Positions 36,974-47,837 of a stretch of 64,000 nucleotides of DNA are shown here, one piece after another. The notes beneath the pieces were generated by a model. That model was not told the DNA's origin. It saw nothing but the letters and a program-made list of their open reading frames with translations, and did not search any database. The stretch's first letter is position 1. Each line of letters starts with the position of its first letter. Origin of the DNA: a virus (taxonomy: Duplodnaviria; Caudoviricetes); IMG/VR virus record IMGVR_UViG_3300030101_003968, positions 731 to 64,730 of that record. The stretch is one strand, 5' to 3'. The position numbers and the translations under genes are program-made.

Positions 36974-38869
36974 ATGGGCGAATACTTAGATCAGTTTCAA
37001 AGGTTCTCTGAGGGCATTTCTCAAACATCCCAACAGGGTATTCAGGGTTCATACAGAAAAATAACTGAGGCTCAAAGAGCTAAGGCTGTCAGCGCTCAAA
37101 ATCAAGCCAAGTCAAGAAGAAAGCAAGAGCTCGACCTGTACAAATCCCTGTACGGGGAAAATCGTTTGTCTATGGCTGATTGGCAACAGGCGGACATTGA
37201 AATGCAGTCTCAAACACTTCTTGATGATTGGAGAAACGAAAGGGTCTCTGACGAAGAAATGATGAAAGAGCTTCAAAGCATAGGCACTGCAGCTGATCAA
37301 TATCACAAGTCGTGGGAAAGCGCATTGGGAGATCCTGATGATTCAGGAGATACAGCTACGTACTACGGAAACGTAAATATGGTGACCGATTTTGCATCAA
37401 GGGGCATAAATGATTACGAAGATTCAGATCAAATTCCTGTAGGTTTTCAAAATGGATTTGAAGGGATTACAGCCATCAACAACGACCGAGAAAGCAAGCT
37501 AACTGCTATAAACGTGGGTGTCGGGCAAGAGCGTTTTATAAACAGCTTTAAGGACCCAGTCAGCGGGGAGTGGATGATTACTATGGGAGACCCGTCTGAT
37601 CAAAACTCTCACAAAACTATGCCTAGAAAGGCTTGGATTGAACAGCTTCCAGGGCCTGGAACGTTCTTGCCAGAGCTTACCGACATAAACCTTCGGACAA
37701 TGCCTGAGGTTGCTGCATCAACCGTAGTTTCTAACTACGTAAAAAACAGACAGGATGTAGACGCAGCCCTTACAGAGTGGTTTAACAATGAGATGATGAC
37801 CAACAAGCGTTTCAAAAAAGAAATTTGGAATCAGTTTGGCGAGAGCTTTTTTGGAGATCAAGACACCAAGCTTAAAACATCTAAGGACCAGTGGCTTACA
37901 GATGGGTTGCTGGATATAAAGTACGACACAAGAAGCTATCAGCTTGGTTTCGAAGGAGTTGGAGGATCATGGGAGGCTATGGTCAACGACGCTAGGGACG
38001 AGTTTATACAAAAGTACAAGGCTCAAAACGCTGAAAAGGTAGAGCAACTTGACATGTCGATGGAGGCTGCTGACAGCAGAATTAAGTTCGAGATGTTCGA
38101 AAAGGACAACCCAGCGGAAAGAGAAAAGATTTTCAAGGCCTATGAAGATGCGGACAATAGAAGTCTGCTTCAGAGGGGAGCTAACGCCATGTTTGGTGCA
38201 TTCCCTGCCTACAGCCCAGACGTAATCGACAACATCGACAGAATGGTTGAGATCCCACCGACGCCGCTCAAGGCAGGCTCGGACTCTCAGGTTCATGCAG
38301 TAGCGCTGGACAGAGACAAAAGAATGATTGCTAAGGTTGTTACCATGATTCCTGGTGAGCTTAGTGAGATTCAAATTGCAGCTGGACTTAGCGAGGCTCC
38401 AGAGACTGAAAGTGTTGAGTACGTTTTGATTGACGAGACCATTGAGCCTAACTTCTTCCAAGAGGTTGGCAAAAAGGTTGATCCAAAGTCTGGAAATGCA
38501 GTGGAAACTGGTAGGGAACACCTTGAAAGAATGTACCTTAAACCAATTCAACAAGGCGAACAGCGGCCCATGATTCCAGAGGTGCAGACTGGAGAAACTC
38601 AGTTATTGCCTGGAGAGCCAGCAGACATTCAGCCAGATCTTGAATCCGTGTACGGAAATCAAGACAGCACAATGACCAGAGATAGAGACCTTGCCAGAGC
38701 CCTGAAAATAACTTTTGGTAACAATCCTAATTGGGGTTTCTTGTACAACGACCTTGTTGAGGCCATGAATGAAGATCCGTCATTGACCAATAAAATAATG
38801 CAGGGCGCTCTTGAGGGTAGAATCCCGATGGTCATAAACGGAGAGGTTGTCTACGAAACAGTTAGATAA
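36974..38869 (+). CDS. putative ejection/internal virion protein
   Basis: 631 aa helical, between tail genes and giant protein. Confidence 0.55.
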   Translation: MGEYLDQFQRFSEGISQTSQQGIQGSYRKITEAQRAKAVSAQNQAKSRRKQELDLYKSLYGENRLSMADWQQADIEMQSQTLLDDWRNERVSDEEMMKELQSIGTAADQYHKSWESALGDPDDSGDTATYYGNVNMVTDFASRGINDYEDSDQIPVGFQNGFEGITAINNDRESKLTAINVGVGQERFINSFKDPVSGEWMITMGDPSDQNSHKTMPRKAWIEQLPGPGTFLPELTDINLRTMPEVAASTVVSNYVKNRQDVDAALTEWFNNEMMTNKRFKKEIWNQFGESFFGDQDTKLKTSKDQWLTDGLLDIKYDTRSYQLGFEGVGGSWEAMVNDARDEFIQKYKAQNAEKVEQLDMSMEAADSRIKFEMFEKDNPAEREKIFKAYEDADNRSLLQRGANAMFGAFPAYSPDVIDNIDRMVEIPPTPLKAGSDSQVHAVALDRDKRMIAKVVTMIPGELSEIQIAAGLSEAPETESVEYVLIDETIEPNFFQEVGKKVDPKSGNAVETGREHLERMYLKPIQQGEQRPMIPEVQTGETQLLPGEPADIQPDLESVYGNQDSTMTRDRDLARALKITFGNNPNWGFLYNDLVEAMNEDPSLTNKIMQGALEGRIPMVINGEVVYETVR

Positions 38870-38883
38870 CTTATATTTGCAGC

Positions 38884-41800
38884 ATGCCACTACGTTCAGG
38901 ATTTAGCTCGCCTCAGTCTGAGGTACAATCAATAATTGAAGACTACAGAAATCAGGGACTGCCAGACGAACAGCTTGAAAAAAGACTTTCGGAGGAGTTT
39001 GCCCCTGAGATGTGGGAACCGATTCTTCACCCCAAAGAAGAACCGAAGGATGACCTTGAGTCAAGACTCGTGTCTCAAATAGGGGAGAAGCCTGAACAGC
39101 CGTCGTTTCCTCAGGATATATACGACGAGTTTCAATATGACTTTAGGAACCCGCTGATTAAGCCATTGCCTCCGAAAGGAGGCTTTGTCACGACTGACGG
39201 TACGTACAACAAAAGTCTTGAGGCATATAACTCTCAGGCTGAAAAAAGAAACTTTAGAGCTAAGAAGCAGTCCGCTGTGTTTGAGCTCTACAACAATCAG
39301 GTAGATGAGTACAACTACAATGCTCAGGCCTGGAATGACGCAGCAGAGGATATTCTTGAGGACGAAAACAGGGAGTTTTACGAGTCCACAATCAAAATAG
39401 ACAAGTCTCTTGCTGCAATCACGCAGCTTCCAGAGAGGGTAAACCCCTACAGCTGGAAGTCAGCACTGGGGGAACAGCGCAATACAGGAAAGTTTTCTCC
39501 GCTGGACTTTGGCACACATATCTTCGCACAAAAGACTGATACTGACATTCATAACGAAATGCTCAGGGACGAAGGCTATTTAAGCGCCATGAAGAATCCC
39601 ATGGACGAAAGCTTCAACCTCGGATCGTCTGACTATCCTGTTCTTGTAAGCGGATCACCTGACGACGTTATGTCTCAGGTCAAGATGATTTACGACGAAC
39701 GAAACGACAAAAACTTTGCAAGTGACCCCGCTTTTGTGGCTGCCCTTAAAGAGAAGATGAAAAGAAAGGATTCGTACCGATCCGCATACATGAAAGAGTG
39801 GTTTTCTAAGTACGCTAAGGAGAACGTCTTTGACCTAAAGAATATGACCCCAGAGGAGATGGCTCAGGCAGAGCAAGACATCTTTGACGACACTGGGCTT
39901 TACATCAATCTTGACGGCAACAACACTGTTGGAGCCGCAAAGGAAGGCGACTTCTGGACCAACATGAGCGCGGCCACAATGAGGTTGAGAGCTACTGGCA
40001 ACAACGTCATGTTTGTGGCCAATGCCATGGGTAAGGCTCTTGACTTTGTGATGAGTGAAGACACCAAGAGTTACGAGCGCTATGACATTAGATTAGATGA
40101 GCTTAGGGATAGAAAAAATGAGCTCGAAAGGGCTGCCGAGGAGATAAGTCAGGGCATGACCAGATACTACATGACTCGCACCGAGGCTATGTTGGCTGGA
40201 GACGACTTGTCTTTGGACATAGACGATGTGGAGCAGGCAAGCATAATTACTGTCCTTAAGGGCTTTGTTGGTCTTGAAGATTCTTTCTCTAAAATGGAGA
40301 GGTTGGAGGCCCTTCAAAGCCTCCCTCAGTCTCAAACTGGGAACCTTATCGGTATGTTATTTGCTCTTGCAACCAGAGGTAAGGGCTCCAAGGCGGCTAA
40401 GGGAGTTACAGGACTTTTTAACTTTTTTGCAAAAACGTCACTGGGCGCCTCGGTGCCCATGGCAACCATGGTGGGTGCAGACAAGTTTGCAGAGATTTAC
40501 GACGATCCTTTCTTTTCAACCTTTACCGACTCCGAAGGACTTGAGGTGTCACCTATTGCTGCCCAGAGAATGCTTGAAGAGGCACAGTTATTTGGAAACT
40601 CAAACGCCACCTTTGAAAGCCTTGGGCTGACAAGAAATAGAAACGACGCTGCCATCCTTGGCTACACCACCGTTCACGCTGGAGGTGAAGCTGCAGGAGA
40701 GCTTGCTGGTGGTCTTTTATTCAAGGGATTTGGCAAGTACGCTACTGGCACACCCCTTGACAGAGCAGCAAAGAAAAGAATCGGTCAATACCTTGTGGGG
40801 ATGTTCTCCGCTGTGGGCATTAGCATGCCTGAAGAGTACCTCGAAGAAGCCATAACTGAGGCTATTCAGTACTCTGCAGAGCTTGGATTTGAGGACAGAG
40901 AGTTCAACATGGATGAGTTTGTTTCTCGGGTTCGCAAGGCTGGTCTGAGCGGGTTTACTATGGCTCCATTGATGGGGACAGCGACATCTGTTGTTGGGAC
41001 CGCAATGCAGGAGCGTCAGATACAGCAAATGAGTCCAGAGGAGTTCAACCTGTATCAGCTTCGATTTGCGTACAACAGTGAGTACGACAGGCTTGACAAG
41101 ACCGCTAGGGACATCATTGAGATGGAGCAGACTAGGGACGCATCTAACGACCCCTCGTTTGTTCAGCACATGAACGAGGAGATTGCTCAAAAAAGAAAAA
41201 CGCTCAAAAAGAATCAAAAGGCAAGGATGGATAAGGCCTTTGCTTTGCTCGAAAAGGATGCTCCTCTTGCAAACAAAATCATGCTGTCTGGTCAAAAGAT
41301 TTCTGGCCTTGCCAGCATGGTCAAGGAAGAAACCAATGAAGATATAAAGAAGATATACGAAGAGGAGCTAGAAAAGGCCATCGGAGAAAGAGCTCAGCTT
41401 GACGACGCAGTAGCCGAGGCTCTTAGGGAGCAGCGCACTATTGTTGTAAAAGACAGAGATGGAAACGACGTAAAAACATCGTTTACCGAGCGATCAGCCA
41501 CTACGGAGGAGAAGAGGGAGATGGAGGGTCTGAGCTCAGCCCAAAGGCCAAACGCAGAGGACGCTGCAGCACAAGACGAGCTCGACGAAGAGTTTGACCT
41601 TGATTACGATGCTGGTATGGAGGACGATCAAATCGTCATGCTTTCTGGCATGGACGGGGTCACCATGGAGCAGGGTAGCATTGACGAGTCCAAGATGCAG
41701 AAGGGGGTCATGGACTTCCTGAGAATGGTAGCCCCAGACCTAGCAAGCGAAGATCTCACTATCATCACTTACGGAAGTCAAAAGGCATACGAGGCTGATC

Positions 41801-44800
41801 CAGACATTGCTAGAGCAATGAGCAGGGACGGAGCGTCTCCACGCGCATACGCCGCAAGAAACGAAGAGGGCAAGATTACTAGAATTATAGTTGACCCAAG
41901 ATCTACAATCGGAGACGCCCAACACGAGGTGGGACACGTCGTCCTGAGAACCGTTTATGACAACCCTGTTCAAAGAACTGCTCTTGTTGAGAAGATTCTT
42001 GACATGGCCAACATAAAGGGCAACGAAACATTCAGGGCTTGGGTCAACTCCACCATTGACCTTTACAACTCGAACAGAGAACAGCTGGGCAAGGATGATG
42101 TGGCTCAGGAGGAGCTTATCCAAAACTTCTTCCAAGCATACGTATCTGGAGAGTGGAATGTATTCAATGACGCTGGGAAGCAAATAGAAGTTAAAAAGAA
42201 GGTTAGAGATAGAATCGCCGAAGGCTTTTGGGACTTCTTGGCTATTCGCAACCCATCTGTCAGGAGCCTTAACATCAAGGACACCGACGGACTTATTGCT
42301 GTTGCGAAGAAGTTTCAGCGTTTTGTTTCTGATCAGCCAAACTTTTCTCCGACTACAGAAAAAGTCGCAAGCCCAATGGAGCGGATGGGCAAGATGGTTG
42401 CGGCCCCAGAGCAGGAGCGCCCTGAGCCAAAGAAAGAAAAGCTTGACCCCGCCTCTCTTTTCAAAGAAAAACCAGCAGAACCTGCTGAAGAAGCACCAGC
42501 ATCCGAAGAGGCTAAGCCACAGGATGACCTTACTGAAACAGCAGTACCGACTCCAGTCATGGGACCGCGTCAGGACACTGAGTCTGAGGCTGATTACAGG
42601 GCAAGGTTGCAGAGGGAGGCAGATGAGATGCTAAAGGGCACGGAGGGCATCGAAACATCTGCAGAGGACGCGCTGTCTCAAGAGACAGAGGGCCTCAGAT
42701 CAAAGCAAAGAGGCAAAGACTTTGTAGCAGGAAAAACCATTAAGGCGGTTTACCTTAGAAACTACGACGCAAGAGTCTTTGAGCTGAAGGCAAAGGATTA
42801 CGGTCACTACAGAAACTGGGTCGCAAAAATTACTGGAAACGGATCGCAGCCATTTGATCGCATTTCATATCAGAAAGAAGACGGTTCTTTTGCTGATCTT
42901 CGCGCACCAAAGCCTGTTTACAACAGGGATGGAACCCTTAGGCAGATGAGACCAGTGGACATCAGAACCTTTAAAATGAGGTTTATAGAGTCTCGCAATG
43001 CTATTCTGCAAGCAAGAACCGATGCTAAGGTGTCCAACACGAAAAGACTCACAAGACTTAGAGATCTCGCAAGAGAAAATAACATCAATCTTGACGAGTA
43101 CTTTGATTACAACTACGGCAACTACACGCTGTCTAACCTTGAGTACGCCGAGGTGCAGATTCTTTCAAGGATTTCAGAAGAGCCAGGAACCACACACGAC
43201 ATTGGGATTATTGGCCCCAATCTCGATGCCACTGGAAGAATAAGCTCCAGAGACCCACTTCCAAAAGACCTTGAGATTTACAACAAGGGAAGGGAGCTTG
43301 GATACAGATCCAAGAGAAGGAAGGTAGAGGGAGTTGGTACGCACACTACCTCCTTTAGCGAAAGAAGCGCTATAGAGCAGGGTGTTTTAACCAGAGTTAA
43401 AAACATTGATGAGTTTAGAAGTGAGCTAACAAGGCTTACTGGCGACGGAAGCATTTTTGCGATGATCGCAAAGTACGCCCCTACGTCATACGGCACAGCC
43501 ACGTTTGAGGTTGGAGGAAAAAAGGTTAAGGTCCCTGTAAAGAGCGGTGTTTACACTCCTGTTGTAGACTACTTCGATTTTATGAAAAAGAACGGCAGAG
43601 CACCATCTCCTTCTGAGATTAGCGCAATCACCAATACCAACAGCGGAAAGCAGTCGGAAGTGTTTGACGCCATCAAGGAGAGGGCTATGAGGTTTGCCGA
43701 CAACGACAAGCAATCAGTCATCTTCATCAAAAACCTTGGCGCAGAAAATCCCGCAGGAGATCCAGGAATCTTTGAGGCAGCATTTAAGATTATTGATGCA
43801 GCCATAGAGAGCTCGTCTAACCCAGGCGTAGCCGTGGAAATGGTTGTTGATTCCATCAACAAAATCATGGCGAAGACTTACAAGTCAAAGCTAAGCATCG
43901 GTGGCGGTGAAAAAATTGCCATAGACAAGGAAAACGGCAGAACACTGTTCCAAAGACTTTCAGATAAAGAGATCAAGGGTAGCGGTCTTTACGATCAGGA
44001 CGGATCCCTCAGGCTCAACAGAGCGGAGCCTGAACTTGCGTACAAAAACTTTAAGAAGTTTTTCGTTGATCAAAAGTCAAACAAGATTGGCTTTGAAATA
44101 AGAAAGCCGCTTCTTCTTAAGCTGCTGAATAGCAAGCACTTAGGAAGCACAGAAAGCAAGGAGTACTTGACCCTTCCTTCGTCCAAAGAATTTTTGGATC
44201 TCGTTAGCTCAGAAGAGCACCTCAACACAAGCTCTGCTACGGGCGATATCATTGGCGCAGTAATTGTTGACAATGCTGCCGCAAAGCTCAAGACTGAGGA
44301 CCCGTCTACGGGTAAACCCTACCTATATGGTGTAACTGGATTTAAGGGGCTTGTCATGTTTGATGAGTTTGCTACAGAAGCAAAGGTTCAGGAGATGATG
44401 ATTGCCAGAAACCCAGAAAGATACACTGGTGGTATTGGCGCTCAGGCTTCAGGGCTCGCGGGGCTTATGTCCAAGCGCAGGGCTGGACGCATCTACCACC
44501 ATGGCGCAGGTCAGTGGGAAAAGTCCACCAGCAACATGTTTGGAAACGCCCTTTCTGCTATTGCACTGAAGTTTCAGGACAAGTACTTTGATGTCATCAT
44601 GCTTCAGAGCGATGTAGAAAACTACAAGAAGCAAAGAGTAGAGGCTGGGCAAGACTTTGACCTTGCGCTCGACCTCATGTACGGAAAGACAAGAGATAAC
44701 CTTGAGTCCCTTGAAACTACCTTGGACATGATTAAGGATCTGATGGCTCAGTCTGAGATTACATCAGATCAACTTTCGGACTACCTCTACGCTAAGCATG

Positions 44801-47289
44801 CACCAGAAAGAAACGCATACGTAGCCTCTAAGAACCCAGACAACAAGGCTGGTTCGGGTCAGAGTGACGTATGGGCAGCTCAGACGGTAAGAGAGCTAGA
44901 GACTCCTGAGATGAAGCGCGTAGCTGGACTTGTTTACTCGATTATCGACAACACGAGAAAGACCATGGTCAAGTTTGGTCTGGAAACTCAGGAAACAATC
45001 GACGCATGGCAGGATTTGTTCGGGAACTACGTTCCACTCGCAGGGCTTGCCACTGATGAAATGGATGAAAACAACATCGCCTACCCAACAGGCGGTGCTG
45101 GTATGGGGGTTTATGGCACTACCCAGAAGAAAATCAAGGGACGTAAGAGCGAGGTAAAGGCAAACATCGTGGCTCAGGTCGTGATGCAAAACGCCATGGT
45201 CATTCAGACCGCAAGGAAGAACGAGGCCATGATGCACCTGTACCGACTCATCAAGGAGAACCCCAATGCAAACGTCTGGGGCATCAATACGTCTACTTTC
45301 CCTCTCACTAGGTTGAATGAACAGGGGCAACAGGAAGGCATGTCTGTTGCAGAAATGAAACAGAACCCTCACACCGTTCCAATCAGGGTAAATGGCAAGA
45401 CAGAGTTCTTGTACTTCAAGGACAAAAACTATGCTAACACCCTTAACGGCATGACCGTTGAGAGGGCATCTATCTTCACGAGAGGCCTCAACTCCATGAC
45501 TGGCTTCATGCGAAACATGCTTACGGTGTATGACCCTAACTTCATGATCAGCAACTACGCTCGCGACATTCAGGCAGCCGCCTACAACGCGATGGCAGAG
45601 GCTGAGATGGATGGTGGATACATACAAGGTGTTAGCCACGCTAAGTTCGCAAAGGACCTTATGTCCAACATGTATCTTTCTACTAGTCAGTTGTTTAAGA
45701 ACGCCGCCTTTGGCATCGAAATGGACGCTGAAATCCAGGGGTATATGGCGGAGTGGTCAGCAGATGGAGGTAAGACTGGATGGGGGTATACCAAGTCCCT
45801 TAACGATATCACTGCTGAGCTTGAGCAAGCTTCTAAGTTTTCGGGAGATTCCGCGTCAAGGGAGTTTGACATCATCATGGGTACGCCTAGGAGGTTTGCC
45901 AACTACATCGAAGGCATTAACGAGGCATTCGAGGCCTCTACTAGACTTGCATCTTACATCGCTGCAAGGCAGAACGGAATCAGTAGAGAAAGAGCTGCAC
46001 AGCTTTCAAAGAATGTCACCGTAAACTTCAATAGAAGCGGAGAGTGGCAGTTCTTGAACAGCGTGTATCTATTCTTCAATGCCGCCATGCAGGGTAACTA
46101 CAGGTTCCTAAGATCCATGACGTACCTGAAGGACGTGCGGAAAGAAAATGGTGAGCTTGAGTCTTGGCACAAAAGAGTTTCTGTACCGCAGAAAATCGCG
46201 TTTGCCATCAGCTCATTCAGCGGCCTCGTGGCTACTCTCAACATTGCAATGAGTGGCACCGATCCCGACGACGGAGAGTTGTGGTACAACAAGATTCCAG
46301 ACTACCACAAGGAAAGAAACCTGATCTTCATGCACAGGGACGGGAAGAACTACAGCATGATCCCCCTACCATACGGGTACAACATTTTCAACAACCTTGG
46401 AACCGTGCTTGCTGAAACATCTACAGGAAATAGAGAGTTTTGGGATGGTGCTATGTTCCTCGGAATGTCTGGCTTTAGTGCTTTCTCTCCGATTGGATTC
46501 GGTCAGAGCAAGAACTTTGCAACATACCTTGGCAAGGCTGCAGCCCCCACGCTCGTCAAGCCATTGGTGGAGATTGCGGCAAACGAAACCTACTTCGGAT
46601 CTCAAGTTTATCAGGAGCGCCTTCCGTTCTCAACAACTCCCTATTCCCAGCTGGCTTTCCAATCGCCAGAGCAAGTTCAAGAGTTCTTCCAGTGGATGAA
46701 CGAAGCTACAGGCGGCAGCAAGTACAAGTCGGGATCACTTGATATGAATCCAGATCAGCTCTGGTACCTATACGAGTACTACATCGGCAGCGCGGGAAGG
46801 TTTGTGGGCAACACAGGAGAGCTTGCAACGAACATGTACGAGATGTCAAAAAACTCCTACAGACTCGCTGCTGAGCAAGGAATGAGCTACGATGCGTTTA
46901 AGAAAATGACAGCTGGATTCCAGGGCAAAAACAGAATTAGAATGCGCCCCAGTCAAATACCGATTATTAGAAAGGTATACGGGGAGCCATCTAGATACTT
47001 TGATAGCGACAAGTACAAGGAAAACACCTTTGAAATACAACAGCTCAAAAAAGAACTTGATAAGGAGCCAATCTACACTCCAGGAAGATACCGAGGTGTT
47101 CAGGAACTTCACAAGTTATTTAAGGAGACCAACAAGACCCTTAAGACAATTAGAGCTCAAAGAAGGCTGGCTAAGGACATAAAGGACAGAACGGAAAAAA
47201 TTAACAGGCTTTACGAGCTTGATGAGAGACAAAGAAGAGTAATGACCATTTACAACAGAAAACATGAAGAACTCAGAGGACAAGATTAA
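38884..47289 (+). CDS. giant polyvalent ejection protein with C-terminal LPD38-like domain and zincin-like HEVGH motif
   Basis: 2801 aa; KNVTVNFNRSG...YLFFNAAMQG...IPLPYGYN...PLVEIAANETYFG; TATATTTG box 4 nt before ATG. Confidence 0.75.
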   Translation: MPLRSGFSSPQSEVQSIIEDYRNQGLPDEQLEKRLSEEFAPEMWEPILHPKEEPKDDLESRLVSQIGEKPEQPSFPQDIYDEFQYDFRNPLIKPLPPKGGFVTTDGTYNKSLEAYNSQAEKRNFRAKKQSAVFELYNNQVDEYNYNAQAWNDAAEDILEDENREFYESTIKIDKSLAAITQLPERVNPYSWKSALGEQRNTGKFSPLDFGTHIFAQKTDTDIHNEMLRDEGYLSAMKNPMDESFNLGSSDYPVLVSGSPDDVMSQVKMIYDERNDKNFASDPAFVAALKEKMKRKDSYRSAYMKEWFSKYAKENVFDLKNMTPEEMAQAEQDIFDDTGLYINLDGNNTVGAAKEGDFWTNMSAATMRLRATGNNVMFVANAMGKALDFVMSEDTKSYERYDIRLDELRDRKNELERAAEEISQGMTRYYMTRTEAMLAGDDLSLDIDDVEQASIITVLKGFVGLEDSFSKMERLEALQSLPQSQTGNLIGMLFALATRGKGSKAAKGVTGLFNFFAKTSLGASVPMATMVGADKFAEIYDDPFFSTFTDSEGLEVSPIAAQRMLEEAQLFGNSNATFESLGLTRNRNDAAILGYTTVHAGGEAAGELAGGLLFKGFGKYATGTPLDRAAKKRIGQYLVGMFSAVGISMPEEYLEEAITEAIQYSAELGFEDREFNMDEFVSRVRKAGLSGFTMAPLMGTATSVVGTAMQERQIQQMSPEEFNLYQLRFAYNSEYDRLDKTARDIIEMEQTRDASNDPSFVQHMNEEIAQKRKTLKKNQKARMDKAFALLEKDAPLANKIMLSGQKISGLASMVKEETNEDIKKIYEEELEKAIGERAQLDDAVAEALREQRTIVVKDRDGNDVKTSFTERSATTEEKREMEGLSSAQRPNAEDAAAQDELDEEFDLDYDAGMEDDQIVMLSGMDGVTMEQGSIDESKMQKGVMDFLRMVAPDLASEDLTIITYGSQKAYEADPDIARAMSRDGASPRAYAARNEEGKITRIIVDPRSTIGDAQHEVGHVVLRTVYDNPVQRTALVEKILDMANIKGNETFRAWVNSTIDLYNSNREQLGKDDVAQEELIQNFFQAYVSGEWNVFNDAGKQIEVKKKVRDRIAEGFWDFLAIRNPSVRSLNIKDTDGLIAVAKKFQRFVSDQPNFSPTTEKVASPMERMGKMVAAPEQERPEPKKEKLDPASLFKEKPAEPAEEAPASEEAKPQDDLTETAVPTPVMGPRQDTESEADYRARLQREADEMLKGTEGIETSAEDALSQETEGLRSKQRGKDFVAGKTIKAVYLRNYDARVFELKAKDYGHYRNWVAKITGNGSQPFDRISYQKEDGSFADLRAPKPVYNRDGTLRQMRPVDIRTFKMRFIESRNAILQARTDAKVSNTKRLTRLRDLARENNINLDEYFDYNYGNYTLSNLEYAEVQILSRISEEPGTTHDIGIIGPNLDATGRISSRDPLPKDLEIYNKGRELGYRSKRRKVEGVGTHTTSFSERSAIEQGVLTRVKNIDEFRSELTRLTGDGSIFAMIAKYAPTSYGTATFEVGGKKVKVPVKSGVYTPVVDYFDFMKKNGRAPSPSEISAITNTNSGKQSEVFDAIKERAMRFADNDKQSVIFIKNLGAENPAGDPGIFEAAFKIIDAAIESSSNPGVAVEMVVDSINKIMAKTYKSKLSIGGGEKIAIDKENGRTLFQRLSDKEIKGSGLYDQDGSLRLNRAEPELAYKNFKKFFVDQKSNKIGFEIRKPLLLKLLNSKHLGSTESKEYLTLPSSKEFLDLVSSEEHLNTSSATGDIIGAVIVDNAAAKLKTEDPSTGKPYLYGVTGFKGLVMFDEFATEAKVQEMMIARNPERYTGGIGAQASGLAGLMSKRRAGRIYHHGAGQWEKSTSNMFGNALSAIALKFQDKYFDVIMLQSDVENYKKQRVEAGQDFDLALDLMYGKTRDNLESLETTLDMIKDLMAQSEITSDQLSDYLYAKHAPERNAYVASKNPDNKAGSGQSDVWAAQTVRELETPEMKRVAGLVYSIIDNTRKTMVKFGLETQETIDAWQDLFGNYVPLAGLATDEMDENNIAYPTGGAGMGVYGTTQKKIKGRKSEVKANIVAQVVMQNAMVIQTARKNEAMMHLYRLIKENPNANVWGINTSTFPLTRLNEQGQQEGMSVAEMKQNPHTVPIRVNGKTEFLYFKDKNYANTLNGMTVERASIFTRGLNSMTGFMRNMLTVYDPNFMISNYARDIQAAAYNAMAEAEMDGGYIQGVSHAKFAKDLMSNMYLSTSQLFKNAAFGIEMDAEIQGYMAEWSADGGKTGWGYTKSLNDITAELEQASKFSGDSASREFDIIMGTPRRFANYIEGINEAFEASTRLASYIAARQNGISRERAAQLSKNVTVNFNRSGEWQFLNSVYLFFNAAMQGNYRFLRSMTYLKDVRKENGELESWHKRVSVPQKIAFAISSFSGLVATLNIAMSGTDPDDGELWYNKIPDYHKERNLIFMHRDGKNYSMIPLPYGYNIFNNLGTVLAETSTGNREFWDGAMFLGMSGFSAFSPIGFGQSKNFATYLGKAAAPTLVKPLVEIAANETYFGSQVYQERLPFSTTPYSQLAFQSPEQVQEFFQWMNEATGGSKYKSGSLDMNPDQLWYLYEYYIGSAGRFVGNTGELATNMYEMSKNSYRLAAEQGMSYDAFKKMTAGFQGKNRIRMRPSQIPIIRKVYGEPSRYFDSDKYKENTFEIQQLKKELDKEPIYTPGRYRGVQELHKLFKETNKTLKTIRAQRRLAKDIKDRTEKINRLYELDERQRRVMTIYNRKHEELRGQD

Positions 47290-47704
47290 AAACACCAAGC
47301 TAGGGGCTTGGCTAAAGGGCAAAGCTCCCAAAGTGCTTGACGTGGTAGGCGACCTGCTCCCAGATCAAGGCGCACTCGGCGTAGTAAAAAACCTGCTGGA
47401 CAAGGAGCCAGGTGTAGACCCTGCAGAGGCTCAGGCCATGGTGGATGCAGAGGTAAAGTTTCAGGAGAACGTAACGGAGCGATGGAAGGCTGACATGGGT
47501 AGTGACGTAAAGCTCGCTAAGCTGATCAGACCAGTAACTTTGATTGCTCTTATGACCATGTTTATGGTCACCATGGTTGCAGACAGCATGGATGACTGGC
47601 CATTTAACGTAAAAGATAGTTACGTATCTTTACTTGAGATACTTATGCTCACCGCCTTTGGTGCGTATTTCGCAGGAAGAACCATTGAAAAAGCCAAAAA
47701 ATAA
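47264..47704 (+). CDS. holin (GTA 3TM-like)
   Basis: RWKADM.SD..L.K.IRP, two TM helices, AYFAGRTIEK. Confidence 0.75.
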   Translation: MKNSEDKIKNTKLGAWLKGKAPKVLDVVGDLLPDQGALGVVKNLLDKEPGVDPAEAQAMVDAEVKFQENVTERWKADMGSDVKLAKLIRPVTLIALMTMFMVTMVADSMDDWPFNVKDSYVSLLEILMLTAFGAYFAGRTIEKAKK

Positions 47705-47705
47705 C

Positions 47706-47837
47706 ATGGAAGAGGACTTCGACGACATCAGCTTTTTGGATCAAGACAAGCTCAAGAAGCAAGAAAAGAAGATTGAAGACGGTGATATCACCTGCAACAT
47801 CGACAACCCAGAGGATTGCGAGTCATGCAGCGGATAA
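47706..47837 (+). CDS. 43-aa acidic peptide ending CNIDNPEDCESCSG
   Basis: ATG 47706 within track ORF 47634..47837; terminal CxxC. Confidence 0.65.
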   Translation: MEEDFDDISFLDQDKLKKQEKKIEDGDITCNIDNPEDCESCSG

